DNA from: Nitrospinales bacterium
GTDB lineage: Bacteria > Nitrospinota > Nitrospinia > Nitrospinales > VA-1
Direction of reading: 5' to 3'
Assembly (NCBI GenBank): GCA_965223345.1
Contig: CBDCWG010000007.1
Coordinates: forward strand, 192,001-256,000
Length of the DNA stretch: 64,000 nt
In this document: positions 29,975-39,371 of the stretch, piece by piece
Numbering within the stretch: the stretch's first letter is position 1
How the letters are laid out: each line of letters begins with the position of its first letter
The notes under the pieces: model-generated
The model's input: the letters and a program-made list of their open reading frames with translations, nothing else
The model's database searches: none
What the model was told of the DNA's origin: nothing
Made by a program: the position numbers and the translations under genes

Positions 29975-31705
29975 TTAAGGAATGATGTCTCGTTTGACTT
30001 TGCCCTCGTCATACATCTTCCGCGTGCGTTTGGTCATCCACACCAGCCAACCCTGCAGTCCGACGAAAACGACCGCCATGATCGGAGGCATGTAGTACAG
30101 GGACTTGGGCAGTGCCGGTTTCAAAATGGTGTAGTACCAGGTTGAAATCGCCATGTGCTCGTCTTTTTCTTTGTCCCTGCCGGTCCATTGCATGAAAGAC
30201 ACCGGAATGAACTGCTCGGACGGGATCTGAACGTCCGTTTCCAGGTTTTCATTGGTCAGGGACCGTTTGACCAGGATTTTCACCCGTCCCTGATGGAAAA
30301 TCGAATCGAGGACTTCCACCGTCGGAGCGTGCTCTTTCGGCGTCAAGGCGTCGTAGCCATTGCCATTGAACTCGTTGACCTTGACATCCAGCTTATAGCC
30401 CGCTTCGTTGGGCGGATTGGTGGCGTTGTAGTCCTTGACGAGAAAATCCACCTTCCAGATGTCCACAGGCTTTTTGGAATCCCCAAAGATGAAATAGGGT
30501 TTTTCCGCACCGAACAGATCCTGCAGCTTGGCGGGCCACTGCATGGCCACCGCGTCGGGATATTCGGAATCCGTGGACAGGAACCGCTGGTGGTACTCAA
30601 TCAGATAGTAAACCGCCCCTTCTTCGGAACTCCAGCGTGAGGAAATCCAGAGGTTGTCCACTTTAGGATCGAAATTGCGTTTCCCGCGGGTGATCTGCCC
30701 CGCCAACGCAATGTAGTTTTTCCGCGGATTGCCTTCCATCTCTTCAGGCCAGGCCTTGATCTCAGGATCGTCATCCGGGTTGACCCACATGGGATCGTTG
30801 ATCGTGGTGGCCACTTTGCCCTCGGTGAACTCGGAACTGATGAGGAAGTCCGGCACCGGTTTGTTGGTCAGCTTGTCCATCTTTTTCCGCGGGCACAGGG
30901 AATTGACGAACGCCGCCAGTTTCCACCGGTCCTCGAGGGTGATCTGATCCTTGAAGTTGGGCATCGGCGTTCCGTTCAAGCCGGTGGTGACCGTTCGAAC
31001 CACGTTGAACGGGTCGAAATGCTGCCGCCGGCTGCCGCGGAAGTTCCAGCACTGCTGCCAGTCGGCCGCAACGATCGGGAAACCCCAGTCGTCTTTCATG
31101 GTGGGGTTGCCGTCTCCGCGTCCTTCGCCGCCGTGGCACTCAAAACACTTGTTCTTGATGAAGATCTCTTTACCCGCATCGATGTCTTCCTGCGGGATGC
31201 CCAGGTGATACGGCCCCTCGGAGTTCCAGGGGTTCTGTCCGAAATCCTGGTAGTTGATTTCTTCATCTTCGGAGTCGTTGAAGTCGCGATCCTGAACCAG
31301 GGTCTTGACGAAGTTCACCACCGCAACGATTTCAGCGTCGCTGAGGATCCCTTGCCAGGGAGGCATCGCCGACCCGGGCAATCCGTTTTTGACCGTCCGG
31401 ATGAGATCGTCTTCCAGAGGAAGCTCACCGGAGTCGGTCCAGCGGATTTTAAAGGTCCCCTGGATGAAGTTACGCGGACGCGTGAACAGGCGATCCGCTG
31501 CCGGACCGTCACCGCCGCCTTCCACACCGTGACACCAGACGCAACGCTTGAAATACACCAGTTTTCCCTGCTCCAGCAGCTCCGTCTTGACCGGATCCGG
31601 CGCCTGCTGGGCAAATAGGCTTCCCGGCGCACCGATCACGGCGATCACGGCCAAACTCATAAGCCATTTCAATGTTTTATTCTTATTCATGACATCCTTT
31701 TCCAT
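29975..31705 (-). CDS. Di-heme cytochrome c fused to an ethylbenzene-dehydrogenase-gamma-like domain with a C-terminal TM (alternative NxrC-like)
   Basis: Signal peptide; CVWCH and CFECH; DAVAMQWP..KPYFIFGD..PVDIW and SFMQWTG..ISTW; C-terminal hydrophobic helix. Confidence 0.8.
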   Translation of the reverse strand: MEKDVMNKNKTLKWLMSLAVIAVIGAPGSLFAQQAPDPVKTELLEQGKLVYFKRCVWCHGVEGGGDGPAADRLFTRPRNFIQGTFKIRWTDSGELPLEDDLIRTVKNGLPGSAMPPWQGILSDAEIVAVVNFVKTLVQDRDFNDSEDEEINYQDFGQNPWNSEGPYHLGIPQEDIDAGKEIFIKNKCFECHGGEGRGDGNPTMKDDWGFPIVAADWQQCWNFRGSRRQHFDPFNVVRTVTTGLNGTPMPNFKDQITLEDRWKLAAFVNSLCPRKKMDKLTNKPVPDFLISSEFTEGKVATTINDPMWVNPDDDPEIKAWPEEMEGNPRKNYIALAGQITRGKRNFDPKVDNLWISSRWSSEEGAVYYLIEYHQRFLSTDSEYPDAVAMQWPAKLQDLFGAEKPYFIFGDSKKPVDIWKVDFLVKDYNATNPPNEAGYKLDVKVNEFNGNGYDALTPKEHAPTVEVLDSIFHQGRVKILVKRSLTNENLETDVQIPSEQFIPVSFMQWTGRDKEKDEHMAISTWYYTILKPALPKSLYYMPPIMAVVFVGLQGWLVWMTKRTRKMYDEGKVKRDIIP

Positions 31706-31745
31706 ATTAGATAAAGGTTAATGAAAGTTTTACGAGATCACCCGA

Positions 31746-32753
31746 TCAATGAGCCCCTGCAGGTCGGCCTTCTTTTTCAAACTGACCCACATAGGATTCT
31801 TCGGTGTCGAATGTTCTCGGATGCCATCCGGTGTACCAGTATTCGAACAGGATGACTTTCCAGATCTGCTCGGTCGTCAAATGCTCTTCCCACGGGGGCA
31901 TTGCAGATGACCACGGAGTGGATTCGTTGGGAAGTCCCGGTCCGCCCTTGGCCACGCGCCAGAACAAGAATGATTCCCTGAGCATCGCGATCGTTCCCGG
32001 ATCGACGAAGTTCGCAGGGGTCGGGTTGAACACATGGGAAAACATGCCGATGCCGTTGAGCTGGTCGCCGTGGCAGTAGTGGCAGTTCTCGAAGAAAACC
32101 GTACCGCCTTCGGTCACGTTTTTCATGTATTCGAACTTGTCCACATCGAGAAAAGGAAAACTGTTTTTGTAGTTGTCCTGCTCGTCGATCCGGAACGGAT
32201 TCCTGGACGTTTCCAGTACATAGGTTTTGCCGTGCACTTTGGTGGAAGCCGGAGGCGCGGGATGAACCGTGCGCAACTCAACCGGCTCCTGGAACGTCGG
32301 GTAAATGGCCTTGTAGGTCGCGAAACCGACGAGAATCGGCAGCAGCGTGAAAACGAGGATGCGGGCGATCTTGTAATCGCCGACGATCGTCTTCACGATG
32401 GGCTTCCTGAACTCGCGGAACGTGACAGGATCCTGACTGATGTACAGGAAGGTGCCGATCGACCACAGCATCATGTAGGTGATGAAGAGGGTCCAGGGTA
32501 TCGGCGGATACAAGATATACTTGTAGAAGTACCACCCCATCATCCACACCGCGAGGGCGTTCAAGGAGATGGGCGGTTTCAGCCTCAGTGCGAGATTTAT
32601 AATAATGATCGTCGCACAAAGAAGCAGATAAAACGCGTATCTGTTGAAGATCCACGAAAACTCGTTCGGCGTAAAAATCGGGAACAAGAAATTGTGGAAC
32701 ACCAGAATGGTGCCAACAAATACGAGGAAACTGACAAACGTCTTATTCATCAT
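31746..32753 (-). CDS. Membrane-bound monoheme cytochrome c
   Basis: Several N-terminal TM helices, CHYCH, SAMPPW distal Met. Confidence 0.85.
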   Translation of the reverse strand: MMNKTFVSFLVFVGTILVFHNFLFPIFTPNEFSWIFNRYAFYLLLCATIIIINLALRLKPPISLNALAVWMMGWYFYKYILYPPIPWTLFITYMMLWSIGTFLYISQDPVTFREFRKPIVKTIVGDYKIARILVFTLLPILVGFATYKAIYPTFQEPVELRTVHPAPPASTKVHGKTYVLETSRNPFRIDEQDNYKNSFPFLDVDKFEYMKNVTEGGTVFFENCHYCHGDQLNGIGMFSHVFNPTPANFVDPGTIAMLRESFLFWRVAKGGPGLPNESTPWSSAMPPWEEHLTTEQIWKVILFEYWYTGWHPRTFDTEESYVGQFEKEGRPAGAH

Positions 32754-32764
32754 CCTCTCCTATA

Positions 32765-34129
32765 TTAACCCTCAGGTGGCGCTTCGGTTTCACTGATAAA
32801 ATCCACCAGTTTGTCCAGTGCAGTCACGGAAAGCTGGTTGGCGAAAGTGGTCGGCATCAATCCGTCCGGATAAGACTCACCCGCTTCCTCGTTGAAAACA
32901 ACGAAGGCGCCGGGTTCGAGGATGGATTCTCTGACGTATTCTTTCACATTGGTCGCTTTCCCTTTGTAGTTGGGATCTTTGATCCGTTCCATAGCATTGG
33001 TCTTCTCATGCAGCTTCGGACCGAGCTCGCCCACCGCTCCCTCGACTCCGGGAATGGTGTGGCACAACGGACAACCCAACGTGTTGATCATCTGATCGAT
33101 CGGCTCGGTGCCATCGACGAAGACGCGATCGTCTCCACCGCCGCCGCCATCCGCCGGAGCTTCAGCCACTGCGGGCTGATCGGTGGGCAGGGGCACGGTG
33201 ACCTTGGAGAAGTCACCGGGAGTTTCCCGCGACTGCAGCCAGGCGATGACCGCGTTGACCTCGATCGGGCTCAAACTGATCGGCGGCTTGGTGATGACGG
33301 GCATCGGGCTTTTGGTGTCGCCCGCGCCGCCGAAGCCTTCGACCACGTAACAGGAGGGGCACATCATGGATTCGCGGATGTAATCCTCACCGGTCATCTC
33401 TTCACCGGCACCCTCGCGGCGGTACTCCGCCTGAATCTCACCGGGCTTGCCTTTGACAACCCCGGTCGCTGGATCTTTTTCACCGATGCCGAAGGGGCTG
33501 GTTTTATAGCGGTCCTCCGCAACCCGCTCCGAGGACTTGTCGCCGATGCCGAACAGGTTCGGGCAGCGGCCGATGTGATCGGAAGACTCGAAGGTATGAC
33601 ACAGCGGGCACTGGCCCTTACCGATCGACTTCTGTCCTGCTACCTGCTCCGCGCCGAAGATGATGACCCGGCCCATTTCCGCGTACTCTTCCATCGTCAG
33701 GTTCGACGTGTCGATCGCGGTTTCCTTGGGCGGCGGATCACTCCTCTGCTGCGGCAACCAGTTGGTGTAACCGGCCAACAGAACCGACACCGTCGTCCAG
33801 AAGAAAAACGCACGGATGAGCGGCGGCGACTGATGCTCCACCTTCTGGTTCTTGAAGAACAGGCCCCAGGCCAACAGGATGACGAAAACGGTCAATACCT
33901 GGTATTTGAAGAAGAAGCCGATCTGCTCGGTCTGCACCAGATCGAACATCTTCACCGTTTCCCAAAAGCTCAAGAGGGCCAACACACCGAAGAGCGTGCC
34001 CCACACCTTGGCGTTCACTGCTTCGTTTTCGCGACAATGCTTGATGACGCTTCCGAAAACAAAGAACGCAAACCCTGTGTACGCTAAGGTGAGAAACGTC
34101 CACAGTATGTCTTGCTGTTCAGGTAGCAT
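32765..34129 (-). CDS. Membrane-bound di-heme cytochrome c
   Basis: About four TMs, two CPLCH motifs, SPMP/GLMP distal Met; extra CPSCY. Confidence 0.85.
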   Translation of the reverse strand: MLPEQQDILWTFLTLAYTGFAFFVFGSVIKHCRENEAVNAKVWGTLFGVLALLSFWETVKMFDLVQTEQIGFFFKYQVLTVFVILLAWGLFFKNQKVEHQSPPLIRAFFFWTTVSVLLAGYTNWLPQQRSDPPPKETAIDTSNLTMEEYAEMGRVIIFGAEQVAGQKSIGKGQCPLCHTFESSDHIGRCPNLFGIGDKSSERVAEDRYKTSPFGIGEKDPATGVVKGKPGEIQAEYRREGAGEEMTGEDYIRESMMCPSCYVVEGFGGAGDTKSPMPVITKPPISLSPIEVNAVIAWLQSRETPGDFSKVTVPLPTDQPAVAEAPADGGGGGDDRVFVDGTEPIDQMINTLGCPLCHTIPGVEGAVGELGPKLHEKTNAMERIKDPNYKGKATNVKEYVRESILEPGAFVVFNEEAGESYPDGLMPTTFANQLSVTALDKLVDFISETEAPPEG

Positions 34130-34184
34130 TCCTTTTTCCCCTCCTACATTATGATTCTAGGTTGATCTTAATAACCTGTTAAAA

Positions 34185-36161
34185 CTACTGTTGCTGCTGA
34201 GCCGGTACCGGAACACCTTCTGTGACCTCGACCTCTTTCTTCTTGGCCGTCAGAGAAGCGATCCAGAACACGATGACAAACTGCACCCAGACGAACAGGG
34301 TGTTGAAGGTAAGGATCTTACCCGCTTCACCGATGGTCAGGGTGTAGGCATCCGGAGAGTTATCCCGCACAACTTCCGTCACGTGCCAGAACAGCCGCAC
34401 GGCGGAGCGGATATAACCCATCAGGCCCATCAGCCAGGTAAACGAAATTGCCAGAAGGAAAATGGCGTAGGTGCCCACTTTGGACTGGGTACCCCATTGA
34501 ATCTCACCATAGGACTCCGAATCCTTGAACATGGAGATGTTGATTGCCGTTCCGGCAAACAGTGTGGTCAGGGTTGAGGTGACCTGAGGAACGGAGAGTC
34601 CCACCCTCTGGTTGGCGGGGAGAAAGTAACCATAGACGCCGAGGAAAATGATGTTGATCGCTGCGCCGACGAAAATGGCCGCGATCCAGCAGTTGCCCAC
34701 GGTCGCCCAGGGAACGTTGATCTTCTTATTGGACCTCTGGTACAGCAGAAAACACAGAACGGTACAGGTGATCATCAGGTTCACCGCTGTGTTTTTCGCC
34801 GACATAACTCCAAAGTGCCCCACAATGGGATGCTGTGCGCCGCCCATCGCCTTGAGTTCCGCAGGCGTCATCACGATGGTGTGCGGGGTCATCCACATGG
34901 TGAAACATACGATCAGGAGCAGCACCATATATTTGCAGTACTTCATATACCGGTGCGACCCCTTGACCCTCGACATGCCGTTGTGCAAATACGAGTTGGC
35001 TCCGAAGAACAGCAATCCGATCATCACGGCCTGAATGATGAAGAGCCATGCCATGATGCCGCCCATCAGGGTGATGCCCATCTGCTGGCGGAACGCGTAC
35101 ACTTCCTTCATCAGCCAGTAGCCTGCGAACGGCAGCGGGATCAAACCGAAAATCGCGATGAACATCGCGACGTAACAAACCCAGTCGTAATGCGCTTTCT
35201 CTTCTTCGGTCTTCGCGGTGAGGTAATGATACGCCGCGTACGCGCCGACGATGCCGCCGCCGAACACGATGTTGCCGAGGATCCTGTGAACCCCGACCGG
35301 GTTCCACAGGGTGGAGTGGATGACATGCCAGATGTTGCCGAGGAACCGTCCCTGCTCATCGATCCCGCCGGGAGCCTGCATGAAGGTGGCCCAGGAGTTG
35401 GCGAGGTACATGAGGACCGTTCCCACCAGGTTCAGCAGAACGGAGAGGGAACAGTGGATCCATTTCAGGAACATGTCGTCCTTCATTTTGTCCCAGCCGT
35501 AGTAGTAAACGTAGAGAATGCCGCTCTCGGCCAGGAACATCAGCGCATACACATGCATAACAGGGCGGAAGATGCCCGCCATGTATTTGAAGAATCCGGG
35601 GAACAGAGTGATGAAGGTGAAAAGCAGGATACCGCCGAGGATGGCGGTCCAGGAGTAGGCGGTCAGACTGACCTTCATGAGATCGTGAGAGAGTTTGTCG
35701 TACTTCTCGGACATGATCGGATCGCTCTCACGGGTACGGATGCCGATGAACTCGATGATCATACAAAAGATCGGCACTGCCAGCACGAAGCTGCCGAAGT
35801 ACAGGTGCTGCTGGTTGGCGATCCAGAGGATCATCCGGCTGGGAGCGAACTCATAAGCGTTGTAATCCGTCTCCGTCAGCTCCGGCGCCGGGGGACCGCT
35901 CACCGGACCCTTCAGCGGGTTGCCTTCCCAGTCTTTATAGAATACGTCCTGACTCCATTCGATTTCGGGCTCGCCCGTTCCTTCCGCCGCTTCTTCCTGC
36001 GCGCCCACTTCCTTCGCGAAGGCTTCTTCAGCGAAAGCCTGTCCTGCGTAAGCTTCCTTGGCGTAGGCATCGCCGACCATACCCGGTAACAGATACACGG
36101 CAAAGGCCAGCATCAACCCAAACAGGAAAGCTCCATTACGTCTTGTCTGTTTCCCCAGCAT
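34185..36161 (-). CDS. Cytochrome bd-like oxidase subunit I (CydA-like, extended)
   Basis: RBS AGGAGG before ATG 36161; QQHLYFGSFVLAVP, LAESGILYVY, ANSWATFMQAPGG, VHRILGN, MGYIRSAVRLFWHV; many TMs. Confidence 0.85.
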   Translation of the reverse strand: MLGKQTRRNGAFLFGLMLAFAVYLLPGMVGDAYAKEAYAGQAFAEEAFAKEVGAQEEAAEGTGEPEIEWSQDVFYKDWEGNPLKGPVSGPPAPELTETDYNAYEFAPSRMILWIANQQHLYFGSFVLAVPIFCMIIEFIGIRTRESDPIMSEKYDKLSHDLMKVSLTAYSWTAILGGILLFTFITLFPGFFKYMAGIFRPVMHVYALMFLAESGILYVYYYGWDKMKDDMFLKWIHCSLSVLLNLVGTVLMYLANSWATFMQAPGGIDEQGRFLGNIWHVIHSTLWNPVGVHRILGNIVFGGGIVGAYAAYHYLTAKTEEEKAHYDWVCYVAMFIAIFGLIPLPFAGYWLMKEVYAFRQQMGITLMGGIMAWLFIIQAVMIGLLFFGANSYLHNGMSRVKGSHRYMKYCKYMVLLLIVCFTMWMTPHTIVMTPAELKAMGGAQHPIVGHFGVMSAKNTAVNLMITCTVLCFLLYQRSNKKINVPWATVGNCWIAAIFVGAAINIIFLGVYGYFLPANQRVGLSVPQVTSTLTTLFAGTAINISMFKDSESYGEIQWGTQSKVGTYAIFLLAISFTWLMGLMGYIRSAVRLFWHVTEVVRDNSPDAYTLTIGEAGKILTFNTLFVWVQFVIVFWIASLTAKKKEVEVTEGVPVPAQQQQ

Positions 36162-36607
36162 CACTTTGACCTCCTTTTGAACCCCGTCGGGTTCTCCAAA
36201 AATTTGGGAAATCTCAATCATTTTTTAAAGTTTGCAGCAAACTTGACTTCTTGAAAATTGAATCTTAGTTCTAGTATAACCGGTTATTTTTACTACTGTT
36301 TTCACTCTTTATATCTTTAGCTTTAACCCGGCCGATCCGGGTGGTTTTTCGACAACTCAGAAACTGTTTTGTTCGCAACAACCACAAAAGGATTCACGCC
36401 AAGCGGCACGGCAGACAGCTGGAGTGCTGCCCCGAAACCCACTGGCCTGCTAACTATTTAATTTCTTTGGACTTTTTCGACTGCCCCTCGATTTGAAATT
36501 CGTGCGGACTCAGCCCACACTTTTGGAAATTTTTGCATTATTTATCATAGGCATTTGAGCATGTCAAGATTTTTCGATTTCGGCAAGAATTATTAAAAAC
36601 AGGGTGC

Positions 36608-37912
36608 TTACGTCGCCTCCGGCGGATTTTTTTTCACCCTTTTTTTCACAGCCCGGGCATGCGCATCGAGGTCCTCCATGCCTGCGAGAATTTCCACCTG
36701 GCCGCTGATTTTTTGCAACGCTTCCTTCGTGTATCCGATAATGCTGGTGCGCTTGATGAAGTCGTACACGCCCAGCGGCGAGGAAAACCGCGCGGTGCCG
36801 CTGGTGGGAAGCACGTGGTTGGGGCCGGCCAGGTAATCCCCCAGCGCCTCGGGGGTGAAATGCCCGAGAAACACGGCTCCTGCGTGCCTGATCTTATCCG
36901 CCCAGTGCTCGGGATCTTCCACCGCAAGCTCCAGATGCTCGGGCGCCATGCGGTTGGCCAGATCGACCGCTTCCGCCAGAGAGGACACCACGAAAGCCCG
37001 GCACTGGTCTTTAAGCGAGGCTTCGACAATGCGTTTGCGCCCCAGCGTTTCTTTCTGCTTTTGCAACTGCTCGACAACCTGTCCGGCAAGCGCTGACGAA
37101 GGCGTCACCAGAATCGGGACCGCCTCTTCATCGTGCTCGGCCTGGGAAAGCAGGTCCGCGGCCACATACTCGGGGTTCGCGCTGTCGTCGGCGACGATGA
37201 GAATCTCGCTCGGCCCGGCGATCATGTCGATGTCCACCATCCCGAACACCATGCGCTTTGCCAGAGCCACATAAATGTTGCCCGGACCGACGATCTTGTC
37301 CACCCGGGGAAGCGTTTGGGTGCCGAAAGCCAGGGCGGCGACGGCCTGCGCGCCGCCCACTTTATAGATTTCATCCACACCGGCGAGATCCGCAGCCACA
37401 AAGGCGTGCGGGCTGGACTCGCCCCGCGGCGAGGGGCTCACCATGACCACCCGATCGACCCCGGCGACGCGCGCGGGGATGGCGTTCATCAGCACCGACG
37501 ACGGATACGAGGCCTTGCCGCCGGGAACGTAGATCCCCACCGTTTCCAGCGCCCGCACCTGTTGGCCCAAAAGGACACCTTCCTCTTCGTAACGCCAGGA
37601 TTCCTGCGTCTGCCGCTGGTGAAATTTGCGGATGTTCTCTGCCGCCAGGCGCAGGGCGTCGATCTCCTTTTGATCGACAGCGGCGTAGGCCTGTTTCATC
37701 TCCTCGGGCGACACGCGCAGGGTTTCCGGGGTCAGCTCGTTGTGGTCGAACTTGCGCGTGTACTCGAGCAGCGCCTTATCGCCGTCCTTGCGCACCGCCG
37801 CGAGAATCTGGCGCACCGTTTCGTCGTGCACGGTGAAATCCAGGTTCGAGCGGTCCACCACCGCGGCGACGCGGGCGTCAAAATCGCCGTCTTTATAGTT
37901 GTGGATTTTCAT
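36608..37912 (-). CDS. hisD: Histidinol dehydrogenase
   Basis: GIYVPGG, GGAQAVAALAFG, DMIAGPSE, QAEHD, APEHLE, GPNHVLPT. Confidence 0.97.
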   Translation of the reverse strand: MKIHNYKDGDFDARVAAVVDRSNLDFTVHDETVRQILAAVRKDGDKALLEYTRKFDHNELTPETLRVSPEEMKQAYAAVDQKEIDALRLAAENIRKFHQRQTQESWRYEEEGVLLGQQVRALETVGIYVPGGKASYPSSVLMNAIPARVAGVDRVVMVSPSPRGESSPHAFVAADLAGVDEIYKVGGAQAVAALAFGTQTLPRVDKIVGPGNIYVALAKRMVFGMVDIDMIAGPSEILIVADDSANPEYVAADLLSQAEHDEEAVPILVTPSSALAGQVVEQLQKQKETLGRKRIVEASLKDQCRAFVVSSLAEAVDLANRMAPEHLELAVEDPEHWADKIRHAGAVFLGHFTPEALGDYLAGPNHVLPTSGTARFSSPLGVYDFIKRTSIIGYTKEALQKISGQVEILAGMEDLDAHARAVKKRVKKNPPEAT

Positions 37913-37941
37913 AAAAATCGTAATGAGCCTGAATGGGCGGG

Positions 37942-38640
37942 CTAGCGCCCGGCACGCTCCACGTTTAAAAGCTCGTTCAAAAATTCACCGGTGGAGCTGC
38001 TGGCAGGCAGACCGGATTGGGCGATGAGATCGAGATGGGTTTTCAAAAAAAGCAGGTCCTCTTTGCGGTCCACATCATACCAGATCGGCAAAAGCTCCAG
38101 GCTCACGCTCTGCTCCCGTACCTGCGCCAGAGTCTGCTCGAGCACCTTTTCGGTGCCCCAGTCCACGCCCCTGAGCACGTCCACGAATCGTTTCGTCATG
38201 CCGATGAGATAATAGCCGCCATCGGTGCTCGGTCCCAGGATGAGCTGCCTGTTGGAAGCGAACGCCTGCTCGATGTACGCCGCCGGCAGCGTGGGGCTGT
38301 CGGAACCGATGATCACGACTTTTTCATAGCCTTCGGCAAAGCGGGAGGTGAACGCGTGCTGCATTTTTTCTCCCAGATCTTTTCCAGACTGATCGAACAC
38401 GCTGACCGCCGCGCCGTCGTCCAGGCGCGAAAAAAAACCCGACAGGTTGGAGGGCGCAACCCCGATGAAACGGTCCGCATCCTTTATCGAGCGGATCAGA
38501 CGGATGCTGTCCTTTAAAAACAGGGTGTACAGCTTGAGCACCGTCTCGGGCGCGAGAAAATCCTGCAATCGGGTCTTGACCTGACCGATCACGGGATCGC
38601 GGGCGAACAATATGAGCGCATTTCTGTTTTTTCCCGGCAT
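37942..38640 (-). CDS. TIGR04282/DUF2064-like glycosyltransferase-fold protein
   Basis: FARDPVIGQVKTRL, DLGEKM, IIGSDSP, GPSTDGGYYLIG, DVDRKEDL. Confidence 0.85.
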   Translation of the reverse strand: MPGKNRNALILFARDPVIGQVKTRLQDFLAPETVLKLYTLFLKDSIRLIRSIKDADRFIGVAPSNLSGFFSRLDDGAAVSVFDQSGKDLGEKMQHAFTSRFAEGYEKVVIIGSDSPTLPAAYIEQAFASNRQLILGPSTDGGYYLIGMTKRFVDVLRGVDWGTEKVLEQTLAQVREQSVSLELLPIWYDVDRKEDLLFLKTHLDLIAQSGLPASSSTGEFLNELLNVERAGR

Positions 38641-38663
38641 GCGGCGATCTTCCGACAAAGGAA

Positions 38664-38692
38664 TTGACTCCCCCACGCAAACCCCCTAAAAT
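38664..38692 (+). promoter_or_regulatory. sigma70 promoter of the PAP2-LPS operon
   Basis: TTGACT-N17-TAAAAT. Confidence 0.6.
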
Positions 38693-38710
38693 TTAAATTC
38701 AATAGTTATA

Positions 38711-39328
38711 ATGGTTTCTAGGAGATTCGCCATTACATTTCAATGGGACATCGAGGTATTCTACTGGATCAATTCGCATTTTCAATCCCCGATCGTCCGA
38801 AAGTTCATGGAGTTCATCTCCATCAAGCAGAATTTCGTGGTTCCGGGGATCATCCTGGCGATTCTCATCCTGATCGTCTGGAAAAAACGCGGGCTGGCGT
38901 TTCTGGTGTCCGGGGCGATCGTCATCGGCCTCAACGATTTCATCTCGCATCAGATCCTCAAGGAAATCTTCGCCCGGCCGCGGCCCTGCCACACGCTCGC
39001 CGGTCTGGACCACATCAGCAACTGCTCGAACAGCTTTTCCTTTCCCTCCAACCATGCCAGCAACCTGTTCACCTTCGCCACGCTGATGACCCTGTGCTTT
39101 CGCAACACGGTGTTTCTGGTGTACACGATGGCGCTGCTGGTCGGCTATTCGCGCGTGTATCTCGGGGTGCACTACCCCACCGATGTCCTGGGGGGCGCGG
39201 TTTGTGGTATCGTTATGGGGGTTTTGGGCTACCAGTACGTCTACAAGCGGTTGCTGGGCTACCTGAAAGCGGGACCGGCGGCGCTCAAGACCGGGCATCC
39301 CGAGCCCAAGGTTTCCACCGTCGAATGA
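38711..39328 (+). CDS. PAP2-family phosphatase (possible lipid A or undecaprenyl phosphatase)
   Basis: KEIFARPRP, SFPSNHA, SRVYLGVHYPTD. Confidence 0.92.
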   Translation: MVSRRFAITFQWDIEVFYWINSHFQSPIVRKFMEFISIKQNFVVPGIILAILILIVWKKRGLAFLVSGAIVIGLNDFISHQILKEIFARPRPCHTLAGLDHISNCSNSFSFPSNHASNLFTFATLMTLCFRNTVFLVYTMALLVGYSRVYLGVHYPTDVLGGAVCGIVMGVLGYQYVYKRLLGYLKAGPAALKTGHPEPKVSTVE

Positions 39329-39371
39329 TCCTTTCCCTGCCGGCGTCACCGGTTGCCCGGCGAATTCGCTC

